From an uncultured virus (IMG/VR IMGVR_UViG_3300025881_001848) (taxonomy: Duplodnaviria; Heunggongvirae; Uroviricota; Caudoviricetes), in IMG/VR virus record IMGVR_UViG_3300025881_001848: a DNA stretch of 64,000 nucleotides. The stretch is one strand, 5' to 3'. The notes below the pieces were generated by a model that was given only the letters and a program-made list of their open reading frames with translations, did not search any database and was not told where the DNA came from. Shown piece after piece: positions 11,023-22,023 of this stretch. The position numbers and the translations under genes are program-made. Positions within the stretch are counted from its first letter, which is position 1. Every line of letters starts with the position of its first letter.

Positions 11023-11205
11023 GGGGTTACCCGCAGCAGTACATTATCACCATTAAAGGGCTTAAGTGCCCTTTTTTGTGGTCGAACTATAGGGTTTATC
11101 TAAGAGAGGACTTGTAAATAATATTGTAAATTTGATTGACAAAGTGTATCAATATGATAATATTGCCCCACTGAAAAAACACACACTACTCAATCAGAGG
11201 TCTAC

Positions 11206-11712
11206 ATGTCAAATATCGTTGTCGCAGGTATAATTAATCGAAACACCGGTGAAATAATCGAAACTACATGTTCTCCTAAAGAAAAGACCGCTATGGCGTT
11301 GAAAGTTCGTGATGAGCTAGGCTGTAAGCATGGGCGAGGTGATTTCATGTCGTTTGAATTCGGCATAATGAACCATATGTCTTATTATAAAACAAAGATG
11401 ATAAATAAAGAGCCTAGTGCGTTTAGAACGCTTCAAATATTAAATGCTAAGTATAAAATAAGTAAGGGTAAGCTGTATCTTGAACAAGCCAAGACCGAGC
11501 TTGCTTTAGCAGAGGAAGTGTCTCAAGAGTGCTCAGCGCTTTATGCTTCGGATGAGAACAAGAAGAAGCGTTTGCTTATTGACGAGTGGACAGAAGAGGG
11601 GGTAAGCGAAGCAAATGAGGAAGTGAGCCAAGCAGCCTCAGGCCTTAAAAATTGTATTGAGATCCTGAAAAGCTTAGAAGCCGACGAAGCTGCCGAATTG
11701 CAAGGTAAGTGA
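11206..11712 (+). CDS. hypothetical protein
   Basis: promoter 11136, CA leader, GAGG RBS. Confidence 0.8.
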   Translation: MSNIVVAGIINRNTGEIIETTCSPKEKTAMALKVRDELGCKHGRGDFMSFEFGIMNHMSYYKTKMINKEPSAFRTLQILNAKYKISKGKLYLEQAKTELALAEEVSQECSALYASDENKKKRLLIDEWTEEGVSEANEEVSQAASGLKNCIEILKSLEADEAAELQGK

Positions 11713-11801
11713 TAGAGTTTACCAAAGACTAGATAATGATACCGCTGGGGTGAAAATCTCGGCGTTTTCAAACCCCTTTTAATATTAATGGATGGTGATG
11801 T

Positions 11802-11987
11802 ATGAAAAAATCAACGGTAGTAGCACGCGGCACTATGACGTCAGAAGAAAACACCCTGCATGATGTTGGTGGTAAGCGCTGTGGGAATATCCTCAGTATT
11901 GAGGCTAGCCGCTTGGAGACATCTCTTGGTCATAGAATATATCAATGTGACGGCTGCGATTCAAAATGGAAGTTTGGCGCGTCTTAA
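11802..11987 (+). CDS. small zinc-ribbon-like protein
   Basis: RCG...CDGC. Confidence 0.55.
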   Translation: MKKSTVVARGTMTSEENTLHDVGGKRCGNILSIEASRLETSLGHRIYQCDGCDSKWKFGAS

Positions 11988-12053
11988 TCACTTGACATAA
12001 TTTTTCATTATGATAATATTTACATACTGAAAAACACACACAAGAGCACCATT

Positions 12054-12392
12054 ATGACCGCTCCTACTTTAGGTTCTGATATTGTCACTAAGCTTACGCG
12101 TATTATCCCTCGCAAAGATGGTTCAGAGGTGCGTATAGTGGTTGATTCAACTGCTTGCCCTAGCACGCTTAATCGCCATTCCTTTACATATGTACACAAG
12201 CGCCAAACCCCCGAACATAATTGGGAGTTGTGTAGCGATTCGCCGCATCCAGATTGGAAAAAAATGTCGAGAGCCGATTATGTGTCCTTTGGCCGCTCTG
12301 AGAAGTTGCAGTCAGTTAGCCATGGAGAGATCTTAGGGCTTAGTCAGTGGATAGGTAAGCCTATGGCTGAATTCGAACAAGCACACGCTTAA
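12054..12392 (+). CDS. hypothetical protein
   Basis: promoter 11992, CA leader. Confidence 0.8.
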   Translation: MTAPTLGSDIVTKLTRIIPRKDGSEVRIVVDSTACPSTLNRHSFTYVHKRQTPEHNWELCSDSPHPDWKKMSRADYVSFGRSEKLQSVSHGEILGLSQWIGKPMAEFEQAHA

Positions 12393-12413
12393 AATCGCAT
12401 ACAGGAGCTTAAG

Positions 12414-13610
12414 ATGAGCCAACATGAACACTTGCAGGTTATAACCGATCCAGATACCCGCTTCATCACTTTCTACTCTGGTGGGAAGCAGGTTATTAAA
12501 AAACGAGACTTCCATTACCGATTGAGGCACAACGGCTTTGTTTTTGAATCAGCAATGATAGGCACTCAAAATTACAAGCACGTATTATTTCACATAGGCT
12601 GCATGACAAAAGCGCCTTACACTAGAATTGCTTTTTTGACGGTATCAAGAGCGTCAGACGTGAATGAGCACACCTTATTTAAGGACAGTATGCCTTATCG
12701 TGATCGCGTAACTGAGTCTTTCAGATTTGCTTACTCTATCGATCGTGATGCAGCGTCAGTTGCTTCTGTTAAATCTTTCATTGAGGATTTTGATGCTGAT
12801 AATCTGTCCTATGTAGATGCTATTTCTGAATCTTTGATCACTGATGTTATTAGCAAGTCATTTACTCGTTTTAGTTCTGTCAATGTTGAAGAAATAAAAT
12901 ACATGGACGAAAATTACAATGAAGCTGGTGATAACTTGTCGTTATCTTTTGCACAAAAGCTAATCACCTCGAAAGACATGGTGTTTGTTCCTGATGAGTT
13001 GGATGATGAACCACGCGAGCGCAATGAGTTCGTATTTGTTTCAAAGAAACTTTCATTTGAAGCAGGCGCAATTAAACATGTGGTAATTTTAAAGGTTGGT
13101 AGAAGTAAGAGAACCCCTGAAGAGACGCAGGTTATTTTTGATGTTCGACATACACCCAACAATGGCTTAGATAAATCAATATTCTACTGTGCGAAAATAA
13201 ACGATAGGGAATATGATGGTGTTACCTATGACGACAATGAGCATAATATCGCATATTCAGAGCTAAGCCAGTCAATTAAAGATGAAGTAGCGTTGTTGGT
13301 GAATATTATTGGCTATGAGCAAGCAATGCGTATACCTGTATATGCTATTAGTAGAACCACTCGTGCTTCTCACTACGAATCACCCTCAACGTCATATGAC
13401 AGTATGATGGGGTTTGGTTTTGATAAACAGGCGTTAATTGACAGGTATAATAAGAGTGTGGCTGTTTCGGCTCCATCACGAGCAATCAAAAATGGTGAAA
13501 ATTCAGTTAGCTATAGTGGCAGCACTGGGGGTGGTTGTAGCTCAGTTTCACATCGCGTCACTGTTAGCGAGTTCAGGGAATTCGATATGCCAAGATTGGA
13601 AGTAAACTGA
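12414..13610 (+). CDS. hypothetical protein (398 aa)
   Basis: long ORF; AGGAG RBS. Confidence 0.85.
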   Translation: MSQHEHLQVITDPDTRFITFYSGGKQVIKKRDFHYRLRHNGFVFESAMIGTQNYKHVLFHIGCMTKAPYTRIAFLTVSRASDVNEHTLFKDSMPYRDRVTESFRFAYSIDRDAASVASVKSFIEDFDADNLSYVDAISESLITDVISKSFTRFSSVNVEEIKYMDENYNEAGDNLSLSFAQKLITSKDMVFVPDELDDEPRERNEFVFVSKKLSFEAGAIKHVVILKVGRSKRTPEETQVIFDVRHTPNNGLDKSIFYCAKINDREYDGVTYDDNEHNIAYSELSQSIKDEVALLVNIIGYEQAMRIPVYAISRTTRASHYESPSTSYDSMMGFGFDKQALIDRYNKSVAVSAPSRAIKNGENSVSYSGSTGGGCSSVSHRVTVSEFREFDMPRLEVN

Positions 13611-13701
13611 ATTCATAACTAAATAAATGATTGACAAAATACTGTCATGAATTATACTTTGTCTATCGAAAAAGTATTCACAAAAAGCAGGTAGAGAAAA
13701 C

Positions 13702-13932
13702 ATGGGTTTAACCGTTACATTTACTATTAATTTTGCATACGTGCTTTACCCAATATTCGGTATTATTGCGTTTTGGATAGGGTTAATGCTGTTGTTTACA
13801 GTCACATTAGCCTTTACTAACGGTGCAAACATGCCCGATAAGCTCCGTATTATGGGTAGGATGTTGTTTCGCCCAACTGCTTTTGTCTTGGCCTTACATT
13901 GGTTTGCTCAGGATGTATTACGCTTGAGGTAG
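13702..13932 (+). CDS. small membrane protein
   Basis: promoter 13631; hydrophobic. Confidence 0.7.
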   Translation: MGLTVTFTINFAYVLYPIFGIIAFWIGLMLLFTVTLAFTNGANMPDKLRIMGRMLFRPTAFVLALHWFAQDVLRLR

Positions 13933-14069
13933 CATTATCGGCAGTGCGTCGAGTGTCACATTGAAAGGGAGGTATACCTCTCTTTTTTGGCGCTCAAATT
14001 AAAATTAATGATTGACATATTATCATAATGAACTATAATGAATCATCAAATAAACGAGAGCACACACAC

Positions 14070-15269
14070 ATGACACCTATTAATTTCGCAAACATTATTA
14101 AATATAGCAACGCAGTTTTACCAGAAGTTGAGAAGCCGGTGTCCAAGATGTGGGCAATCGAATTACGTTCAAAACGAACGGATATCTTTATTGCCCTATA
14201 TGAGCGTTTACTCGAAGCAACTTCGCCTTTAGTGGTTGATTGCGCTCACGCGAATATGGAAGAGTGCCCCTTAATGAATGGTGGTGTTGCGGTGTTCTTC
14301 TTTGAGACTAAAGAGCAAGCTCAATCATTATCAACGTTGTATGATTTGTTTGAGGAGGACGCCAGAGAAAAAAGTATTCATCAGTTAGCGGGTGAGCCTA
14401 ACCCTTTACAAGTGTTAATAAGTTCTTATGAGCTATTCGGTACGCACGTTGACCGTTTGTTTGAAGTAAGTAAGATAGGTGCAGATACTGCCATGAAGCG
14501 TGCTGAGGATATTGCTAGCAATGCGACAGTGGATAGTGATTGGCATGATCGTGTTATTGGTGTGGCTAAGCGATTAAATGATGAGTCTTTAACGCTACAG
14601 TCAGAAGTCGATGAAATGATTGAGACGATTAAAGCGACTTACAGTGGTTTTGAGGATGATGCGGATTTACGTCGATTTATAGAGGTTATTGCCAATGAGA
14701 CGGTAGAAATCTATACACAGGGTAATGTGATTGAAAGCCATGCAGCTTTATACACTGATATATCATTGACCGAGCTTATTGATGTACTGGGTACACAAGA
14801 TGATAGTGACGATGCGTTAATAGCAAAGCATGATGCTAAGCAAAATAAATTATTGAACAGCAATGAGCGTGCAAGTATTGTGCGTGATAACTGGGAAATG
14901 CACAAAAAAAGCTTGAACATCATGTTATGTAAGCGTTACTGCGATGCGAAACATAAGCGTTTGTCAGCCCCTGTGTCGTTTTGTGGTTTGCATATTGGTT
15001 CGTTAATGACTGAATCATTTGGTGAGCGATTGGAGACTAAAAGTGCAGTGCGCACCATGGAAAATATTGGGCTAACAGATCTAGAATTACTCGCGAGTGC
15101 TATTGTAGCGCAACTAGGTGGATACATTGAACTTAAACGCGGTCAGAGATTACGTAACAAGCGTCATGCGTTGGCCAAAGCGTTAGTGGCTAAAGAAAGC
15201 TTTTCTAAAATTGAAGCGTATGAGCAGATGAATCGCGATCTTGAAGATGTGCTGGATATTACTGGCTAA
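14070..15269 (+). CDS. hypothetical protein
   Basis: long ORF; start revised to ATG after GAGAG-CACACACAC. Confidence 0.85.
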   Translation: MTPINFANIIKYSNAVLPEVEKPVSKMWAIELRSKRTDIFIALYERLLEATSPLVVDCAHANMEECPLMNGGVAVFFFETKEQAQSLSTLYDLFEEDAREKSIHQLAGEPNPLQVLISSYELFGTHVDRLFEVSKIGADTAMKRAEDIASNATVDSDWHDRVIGVAKRLNDESLTLQSEVDEMIETIKATYSGFEDDADLRRFIEVIANETVEIYTQGNVIESHAALYTDISLTELIDVLGTQDDSDDALIAKHDAKQNKLLNSNERASIVRDNWEMHKKSLNIMLCKRYCDAKHKRLSAPVSFCGLHIGSLMTESFGERLETKSAVRTMENIGLTDLELLASAIVAQLGGYIELKRGQRLRNKRHALAKALVAKESFSKIEAYEQMNRDLEDVLDITG

Positions 15270-15415
15270 ACCTTACGAGTTAATTCAAAATGATAATAAG
15301 GCTGTACATATTAAGTGCAGTCTTTTTCGTGCTTAAATAAAAATAAATGATTGACAAATTATCATAATAAAGTATAATTACCTCATCAAGTCGAAACACA
15401 CACAAGGCGATTATT

Positions 15416-15727
15416 ATGAATACTTCAGGCAACTTCAACTCACGTAGATTTGTTACTCAAACTATTCAATTTACAGGTAACAGTCAAGTACGTACTGCCC
15501 CAGAGCAATCTGTTCAACTGATGAGCGTACACGGTTTCCGTTTTAATACCTCAGCTAACGTTAATGGCGCTTGGGTGATGGAATACACGCGCATAGTAAA
15601 TAGCTTTGAAGCGGTATCAAGTAAGTTCATGGAAAAGCTAGGCGCTCAGTTCTCTGTTATCAATAACAAAGATTCGGTGTTACTTAACCATGATGTTAAA
15701 TTCACAGGACAATCAGCAGGGCTTTAA
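15416..15727 (+). CDS. hypothetical protein
   Basis: promoter 15351, CA leader. Confidence 0.8.
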   Translation: MNTSGNFNSRRFVTQTIQFTGNSQVRTAPEQSVQLMSVHGFRFNTSANVNGAWVMEYTRIVNSFEAVSSKFMEKLGAQFSVINNKDSVLLNHDVKFTGQSAGL

Positions 15728-15800
15728 TGCTTTGCTTTACTCTTGCATTACTGCACATGACGAACGTGTGCATTCCCTGATAACTTTTTAATGGTGAACC

Positions 15801-16151
15801 ATGCGTAAAATTCCGAAGGATATCCCTGAAACAATTACCGCGTTTATGCCGCATCGTCATTTTATAGGTGTTGTGCAATACAATTTCACTTACAAGACAA
15901 CAATAAGTGATGATGGTGTTGATTGCCATGTGTATAAGTCTGCGTCGCCTTATGAGGATGAGCCTAGTGTAACGGCATCATTAACCACTATTTTAGATAC
16001 CCGTCATGGTTATACAGTGAGTTTAAGTGATGCTAAAGCGACATGTATAAAGCGCAAAAAAGATAGCGTTGATTTGTTAGCAAGACAGTTAGCGAATACG
16101 ACAAAAGAACTTGAAGATTTAGTGTTGAATTGTAATGTAATAGCAGGCTAA
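15801..16151 (+). CDS. hypothetical protein
   Basis: ORF in operon. Confidence 0.7.
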   Translation: MRKIPKDIPETITAFMPHRHFIGVVQYNFTYKTTISDDGVDCHVYKSASPYEDEPSVTASLTTILDTRHGYTVSLSDAKATCIKRKKDSVDLLARQLANTTKELEDLVLNCNVIAG

Positions 16152-16170
16152 CCCTGTATTTTGTGAGGTT

Positions 16171-16596
16171 GTGATGGAAGCATTTGAGATATTGGATTTA
16201 TACGGCAACAAGAAGACCTTTACGCTAAGTGAAGTAAGAGCTGAGCTAAAGCGTGATTATTTATGTAACACGGTTATCCCATTTAAAATGGTTAATGGTG
16301 TTGGTGAACCGATTGAGGGGCGTGAGAGCGAAATTAGCACTCGTAAAGAATATTGGTCTGATGCTCGCATGAAAGTGAAGCATGCTAAAAAAGGCACGCA
16401 AACAACGGTTGTATTAACTGACAATAAGAGTGGTTACAACGATTATGATGTATTTGGTAATACAGTCTATCGCGCAAAAGTGGTATTTGATATTGAAGTA
16501 GGCGACATTTTTAATGTGTACATCGGTGAATCGTCCAAAGAGGGTGTGGTTTGGCAGGGTGATATTATCACTTCGTTAACGGCAGCTGATTACTAA
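16171..16596 (+). CDS. hypothetical protein
   Basis: GAGG RBS; terminator near 16628-16668. Confidence 0.75.
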   Translation: MMEAFEILDLYGNKKTFTLSEVRAELKRDYLCNTVIPFKMVNGVGEPIEGRESEISTRKEYWSDARMKVKHAKKGTQTTVVLTDNKSGYNDYDVFGNTVYRAKVVFDIEVGDIFNVYIGESSKEGVVWQGDIITSLTAADY

Positions 16597-16740
16597 ACAA
16601 CTCGGCAGCAATCAGTAAAACAAATAACCCGTCTCTTGCTCAAGCAGGGTGCGGGTTTTCTTTTTTTTGGGGCTTGTTGGCTTGCGGCGGTATTGTGATA
16701 AGTTTACGAATAGGAAATAACACAAACATGGTAATTAGAT

Positions 16741-17445
16741 ATGAAATTAACAAAAGTATTAGCGGCTGCGTTGCTCTTAGGTGCTTCGCTAAGCTCACAA
16801 GCAGCAGTTATTAGCGTAGATTGGAAAGAAGCTGGTGATAATGGCGCGTTTGTAGAAACGACCTCGGGCACTGAGTGGTTAAAGTTAACGCAGACTCAAG
16901 GGGTTGGGCTTAACACTGTTCAGCAGCAGCTAGGTGCCGGTGGACTCTATGAAGGCTTTAGAGTGGCAGATTCGAATGAAGTACAGTTCCTTTTTGACTA
17001 TTTCTTGGGGCAGGCAACGGGGTTAACGTACACATCAATCTCGGCGTTTGATTTTGCTGACAGCAGCACAGTCGATGGCAGAGCGTTGATGGTTGACTTG
17101 TTGGATGCTTTAGGCCGAGCGATAGTGGGTACAAATACCTTTTCAACTGGTCGGTATTTTCAAGCGGGTTCTCAATCGGTGTTATCATCAACATTCAGAG
17201 ACGATGACGCAAACGGGTTTGCTCGGCTTATTTACGACAGGGTAACATCAACAACGAATGCAAATACTCCAGGTTCTGCTCCTGGTGTATTCTTGGTGTC
17301 TGACGGCGGGAATACGTTCAGCTCAATTAACAACCCTGGGATCCTAAGTGGCATCGAAACACCATCGGTAGCCGTGAGTGAGCCACATGCGTTAGCATTG
17401 TTAGCGTTAGGTTTTGCTGGGTTAGTGCTTAGACGAAAAGCGTAA
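16741..17445 (+). CDS. PEP-CTERM-type sorted surface protein (VSEP)
   Basis: signal peptide; GTEWL; GVFLVSDGG; VSEP-TM-RRKA. Confidence 0.9.
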   Translation: MKLTKVLAAALLLGASLSSQAAVISVDWKEAGDNGAFVETTSGTEWLKLTQTQGVGLNTVQQQLGAGGLYEGFRVADSNEVQFLFDYFLGQATGLTYTSISAFDFADSSTVDGRALMVDLLDALGRAIVGTNTFSTGRYFQAGSQSVLSSTFRDDDANGFARLIYDRVTSTTNANTPGSAPGVFLVSDGGNTFSSINNPGILSGIETPSVAVSEPHALALLALGFAGLVLRRKA

Positions 17446-17510
17446 TAATTACATTGATAAAAAAGAGGCTGAGGCCTCTTTTTTGTTTTACATCCTCACT
17501 AATCACTCTC

Positions 17511-18125
17511 TTATAAGAGCTTTATGTAGTTATCGAAACCTTTTATAAATACACACGCTTCATTATTCAGTCTCTCCAGACATTGACACCATTTTTGAAC
17601 AACATCTTCACTATACTTACCGACCTCACCGTTGGACATTAATTGAAAGAAATCGTTACAGCCTAAATAACTAAGTTTAAAGAAGTCAAAGCCTTTAATA
17701 TAATAGGCCTCATTTTCTATCGTTTTCACAAAATCATAAAGTTTGACTTTTGAACCATTCGCCTTAACGCTTTCCTCAAACAAAGCAGTAATTTCCCTCC
17801 AATACTGGTAGTAAGGCTTGTAGTGTTTTATATTTTCTGAAATAAGTTTCAGTATTTCGCTGTTTCTAGAGCAAGACATTGCATTTAATCGAAAATCTAT
17901 ATTTTCGTAGGATCTATTTGTGATTTCCTCTTCGGGTTTATTCCCATTATGGTTTAAGCTACGAGAGTCATATTTACGCCCACTTACCGAATTATAAGGA
18001 AACCCCGCATCTATTCTTCTCAAAAAGGAAGTGACTGCTTCTGTTTGGGCTTCTTTTTCGGTATAACTCTTCATTAATGTTGTCATATTATCAATTCCAT
18101 TTGGCAAAGAATATTTATACTTCAA
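17511..18125 (-). CDS. hypothetical protein
   Basis: 204-aa ORF; shares YxPYxQxW motif with 18178..18738; start uncertain. Confidence 0.7.
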   Translation of the reverse strand: MKYKYSLPNGIDNMTTLMKSYTEKEAQTEAVTSFLRRIDAGFPYNSVSGRKYDSRSLNHNGNKPEEEITNRSYENIDFRLNAMSCSRNSEILKLISENIKHYKPYYQYWREITALFEESVKANGSKVKLYDFVKTIENEAYYIKGFDFFKLSYLGCNDFFQLMSNGEVGKYSEDVVQKWCQCLERLNNEACVFIKGFDNYIKLL

Positions 18126-18177
18126 TATGATAAAAAGGATCTGCGAAAAATTAAGACAACACTCGTTTCATATTAGG

Positions 18178-18738
18178 TTACGGGTCTTGTTTAATGAGTG
18201 TGTCAATTGAAATTTCGTTTACAACCATTGAAAATGCTTCAAGTTCATCTATAAAAGCGCAAGCTTCAGTCATCCTGTCGCATGTGTTTTTATGCTCATG
18301 ATCATCACTTTTCATCGCGTCAATTAAGATACCAATAATCGCTTTGTTTGGTGGGCAAAATACGACTAACTCTAAGCAGTAAAGTCGTGTGTTCGCGAGA
18401 TTAAAAAAAGAGCCAGAGAAGGCGTTTTCTTTATGGCTCAAAAACATGGCTACAACGTCAATCCAGAATTGGTTGTACGGCGTATAATATTCCAAAGAAC
18501 TCGATAAGAGCGCTAATGAATCCTTATTAGGCATCAACCCTAGTCTTAATAATACAACGTTAATTGCTTGCTTGATGTTGTGTTTTTTATCATGATAATC
18601 AGCAAGTTGCTGCGTTTCCCAACTTTTGCGTTTACTCTCTACTCGCAGAAGTGTATTTGATTTTTCGAGCATGCTCAATACGTAGCGCTGGCTATCATTT
18701 GGGATAATATTGTTAGGGCTAATTGTTTCAGATGTCAT
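18178..18738 (-). CDS. hypothetical protein
   Basis: AAGGA RBS. Confidence 0.75.
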   Translation of the reverse strand: MTSETISPNNIIPNDSQRYVLSMLEKSNTLLRVESKRKSWETQQLADYHDKKHNIKQAINVVLLRLGLMPNKDSLALLSSSLEYYTPYNQFWIDVVAMFLSHKENAFSGSFFNLANTRLYCLELVVFCPPNKAIIGILIDAMKSDDHEHKNTCDRMTEACAFIDELEAFSMVVNEISIDTLIKQDP

Positions 18739-18754
18739 AATGATTCCTTGTTGC

Positions 18755-19186
18755 TCACGGCGTTTTACATGTTGATGGTAAATCTTCAGTGCGTATGATC
18801 ATGCCTTTGCAATATTTATCATCACCCTCAACTACATCAAATGCGATATGAGGTATATTTGTTCTGTAATGCCAGGAGTAGTCTCCTTGTGCCCAAAGTG
18901 CCTCAATTAGCTTGGACGACTTTTTATCCGCCAGCCATTGTTCGATTTGTTCGTCAGTATCTAAATCGTCTCGACTACCTAGCACGCCAGTTTTGTTGAT
19001 CAATATTTGTTTGCCGTTCCACGCGCCTAACTCTTCGCAGATAGCGCCTTCAAATAAGACTAAATCATCAGAGCCGCCATGCACAATAACAAGCCCCGCT
19101 TCCAACGCGGATTTAATTAACGAAATATCAAGTCGCAAGGGGTATTCGGTGCCGTTAAGGGTGTCAGCCAGCGTTTGCGCATTCAT
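18755..19186 (-). CDS. phage-type hypothetical protein
   Basis: coupled to upstream ORF; GLVIVHGGSDDL motif. Confidence 0.75.
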   Translation of the reverse strand: MNAQTLADTLNGTEYPLRLDISLIKSALEAGLVIVHGGSDDLVLFEGAICEELGAWNGKQILINKTGVLGSRDDLDTDEQIEQWLADKKSSKLIEALWAQGDYSWHYRTNIPHIAFDVVEGDDKYCKGMIIRTEDLPSTCKTP

Positions 19187-19722
19187 ATTTTATCACTCTT
19201 AATGTGTGTCGCGGCATCTCGCTTACGCTTAAGTCCTTGTTCGCCCAGTTCCTGTAAATCGAACAAGTTATCAAGCGTTGGCGTCACCCCTGTGAATTGT
19301 TCAAAAGTGGCTAATTCCATATACTGACAGTTAAACAGGACACGGCCGGTTATGAAATGAGCTTCTTTGTCAATTCGCTTCATTAACCGATAAAGGTTAG
19401 GGGCTTTATTTTTGTGTACTTTGATATCATCTTTGTACAGTTTAACCATTTTATCCCAATCGCGGATAAACGGGGCATACTGGGGGGCGTCATCAACGAT
19501 GGCCGATATATTTTTGATGGAGGGGCATGCGGCTAACATATCCATGCAGCGTTTTAGATCAGATGGATCTGATGGGGTTGAGATGTGTTTTGTCTCAATG
19601 CTGGCCATGCGAAAAGCGATACATTTTGATGATGTGCCAGTGCGGCCATTAGCAAGCCAGTTAAGTACTTCTAATCGAATAGTGTCTATATCACCATTGG
19701 TGGCGGTAGCATTATGCGTCAT
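19183..19722 (-). CDS. phage-type hypothetical protein
   Basis: WLANGRTGTSSK, PSDPSDLKRC; AAGGA RBS. Confidence 0.75.
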   Translation of the reverse strand: MTHNATATNGDIDTIRLEVLNWLANGRTGTSSKCIAFRMASIETKHISTPSDPSDLKRCMDMLAACPSIKNISAIVDDAPQYAPFIRDWDKMVKLYKDDIKVHKNKAPNLYRLMKRIDKEAHFITGRVLFNCQYMELATFEQFTGVTPTLDNLFDLQELGEQGLKRKRDAATHIKSDKI

Positions 19723-19912
19723 GCGTAATTCCTTTTGTTATTGCGTCCGTTGTAAACCCAGGCGAAGTGATTGCTTTTACCCGTGTGTTGAGATGATAGC
19801 AGTTTTTATTTTTTTACCCTCAACCACGCTATTTAGCGGCTGTGTATTGTGGGTTTTATTTTTTATTGTGATAAATTTACGCATACAATATAGATTAATA
19901 TGGACATTACTT

Positions 19913-20629
19913 ATGAAATTAACAAATATTTTAGCTGCCGCCGCATTGCTTAGCGCTTCGTTAGGCTCTCAAGCAGCCATTATTAGTGTTGACTGGAAAG
20001 TTGCGGGTGACAACCGAGCGTTTATAGAAACCACCTCGGGCACTGAATGGTTGAATGTGAATGAGACACAAGGACTCAGTGTTAACACGGTTAGCGGTGA
20101 ATTTGGTGCTAATGGTTTATACGAAGGTTTTAGGGTAGCAACGGCAAGTGAGATGCAGCCCTTGTTTGATTTATTTTTGGGGAGCGCACCAAATTTAGTT
20201 AGTGAGCCGAATCCGGATTACACCAACATCCTCTCGTATACAAATGAGGGGATGGCAATAATGGCTGATATTCGTGGTGTTATTGGGGAGACCAACGCTA
20301 ATGTAAATAGCGCTGTAACTGTCGGCATGTATTTTGATGACGCTGGCACTGGTTCATCATCAGTCAGGATGACGCATTTTATTGAATCCTTTTCATCAGA
20401 TGCTGGTCGGCTTATTTACGATAGGACGTTTTCCTCTTTAGATAATGGTTATACCGGATCGTCTGTTGGCGTTTTTCTTATCTCAGATGGCGGCAACACA
20501 TTTAGCACGATTAATAACCCAGGGTTATTAACGGGCGGTAATACATCGACAACAGAAGTGAGTGAGCCACATGCGTTAGCGCTGCTTGCATTTGGTTTCG
20601 CCGGATTAGTACTTAGACGTAAGGCGTAA
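19913..20629 (+). CDS. PEP-CTERM-type sorted surface protein (VSEP), close paralog of 16741
   Basis: start revised to ATG 19913 (MKLTNILAAA); near-identical tail to 16741. Confidence 0.9.
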   Translation: MKLTNILAAAALLSASLGSQAAIISVDWKVAGDNRAFIETTSGTEWLNVNETQGLSVNTVSGEFGANGLYEGFRVATASEMQPLFDLFLGSAPNLVSEPNPDYTNILSYTNEGMAIMADIRGVIGETNANVNSAVTVGMYFDDAGTGSSSVRMTHFIESFSSDAGRLIYDRTFSSLDNGYTGSSVGVFLISDGGNTFSTINNPGLLTGGNTSTTEVSEPHALALLAFGFAGLVLRRKA

Positions 20630-20637
20630 CAATAATA

Positions 20638-21345
20638 GTGAGAAAATATATAGGTAAACTATTGGTAACGGGCGCGTTATTAATGACCGCATCGATAGGG
20701 GCGAATGCTGCTATTATCAGCGCCGACTTTGAGACGGGTAATGATGGTAACGCTTTTATCGATACACGTGCTGGGTATGAGTGGATTAAGTTGACGCAGA
20801 CCGCCGGCATGGCTATTTCGACAGCATCCCAAAGAACGGAAGAGGGTCAGCGCTTTGAAGGCTTTAGAGTGGCCTCTGAAGTGGAAATGGGGGAGTTGTT
20901 CGCATCTATTGATGAGTTGTTAACGTATGAGCGCTCTGGGGGGATCCTAAGCGGCAGAAGTAATTTACAAGCTGACTATGATGCCATGCTAAGTGTCATA
21001 ACAACAATCGGTATATTGCAAAGTGGCTCAACCGCAAAACATGCCCCTGGGCTTTATCAGGGGACTAATGGGGTTATCTACCGGTCACTAATGTCGGTAG
21101 GGACGGCGAGCAATAGAAGTAATTCATTAAGCACTCAGTACACTGGCAACTATTTCGAATACCAAGGGCTAAATGGTTTTGGTATTTTCCTTGTGTCAGA
21201 TGGCTACAATACGTTGTCATCCCAACTCGCCCCCACATTATTGAACAACAATCCGCTATACGCGGTTACCGAGGTTTCAGCACCCGCGTCTTTTGCGTTG
21301 CTGGGCGTAGGTTTGTTGGGGTTATTGGCAAGACGCCGAGACTAA
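20638..21345 (+). CDS. PEP-CTERM-type sorted surface protein (VSAP)
   Basis: signal peptide; GYEWI; GIFLVSDG; VSAP-TM-RRRD. Confidence 0.85.
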   Translation: MRKYIGKLLVTGALLMTASIGANAAIISADFETGNDGNAFIDTRAGYEWIKLTQTAGMAISTASQRTEEGQRFEGFRVASEVEMGELFASIDELLTYERSGGILSGRSNLQADYDAMLSVITTIGILQSGSTAKHAPGLYQGTNGVIYRSLMSVGTASNRSNSLSTQYTGNYFEYQGLNGFGIFLVSDGYNTLSSQLAPTLLNNNPLYAVTEVSAPASFALLGVGLLGLLARRRD

Positions 21346-21414
21346 TAATATCATTATGATAAAGACTCACGAATGACGCGTGCGTTATATTGACTTTTCT
21401 ATGGAGCAAACACG

Positions 21415-22023
21415 ATGTTTGGCGATAAAAGACTTAAGAAAAAGATTACAGAATTAGAAACCCGAATAAAGCTTGTTCGAAATGGCGAAAAGGTGGCGCT
21501 TGCGCGAAATGAGCAACTGGAAAAAGAAATCGCTGAGCTGCGAGATATTGTACAAAGGCAGCATGCATTAGGGGGTGTCCATCCTATGGCGAAGTATGAT
21601 CTAGTGGATAACCAAGACCACAACCAAAAACGCCGAAAAGAAGACGGTGATGGGCTATTGACGGCAGCGGTGATAATGACCGCCCTTGATGATGGTGATG
21701 AGCAGATAAGTGATGAGACTGATTTATCGGATATATTGTTAGAAGGTACGTTAATTGACACGAGCGGCGTAGATGAAGTGTTGCGCGTTGAAGACGATGC
21801 AAATGCTCAACAAGCGAATGACGTCCTCGCTGATGTGGCTTCAGAGGTAAGGGGTAGACCTGCGCCGGAAAGTGGCAACGGTCATACTGGGGATTTATCA
21901 CGACATCAACCTCAATCCGATCCAGAGCCTTCACGTGCGAGTGCAAGTGGGTACGGCGGTGGTTCTGACAGTTTTAGTTCAAGCAGTAGTGATTCTGGCG
22001 GCGGTGGCGGTGGGTGCGATTAA
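21415..22023 (+). CDS. hypothetical protein with coiled coil and Ser/Gly-rich tail
   Basis: GGAG RBS; tail SSSSSDSGGGGGGCD; terminator near 22041. Confidence 0.75.
   Translation: MFGDKRLKKKITELETRIKLVRNGEKVALARNEQLEKEIAELRDIVQRQHALGGVHPMAKYDLVDNQDHNQKRRKEDGDGLLTAAVIMTALDDGDEQISDETDLSDILLEGTLIDTSGVDEVLRVEDDANAQQANDVLADVASEVRGRPAPESGNGHTGDLSRHQPQSDPEPSRASASGYGGGSDSFSSSSSDSGGGGGGCD

Noticed and set aside
19412..19912. N-terminal extension of the 405-aa ORF
   Set aside because: Antisense shadow of 19183..19722; the signal peptide and promoter motif place the start at 19913.
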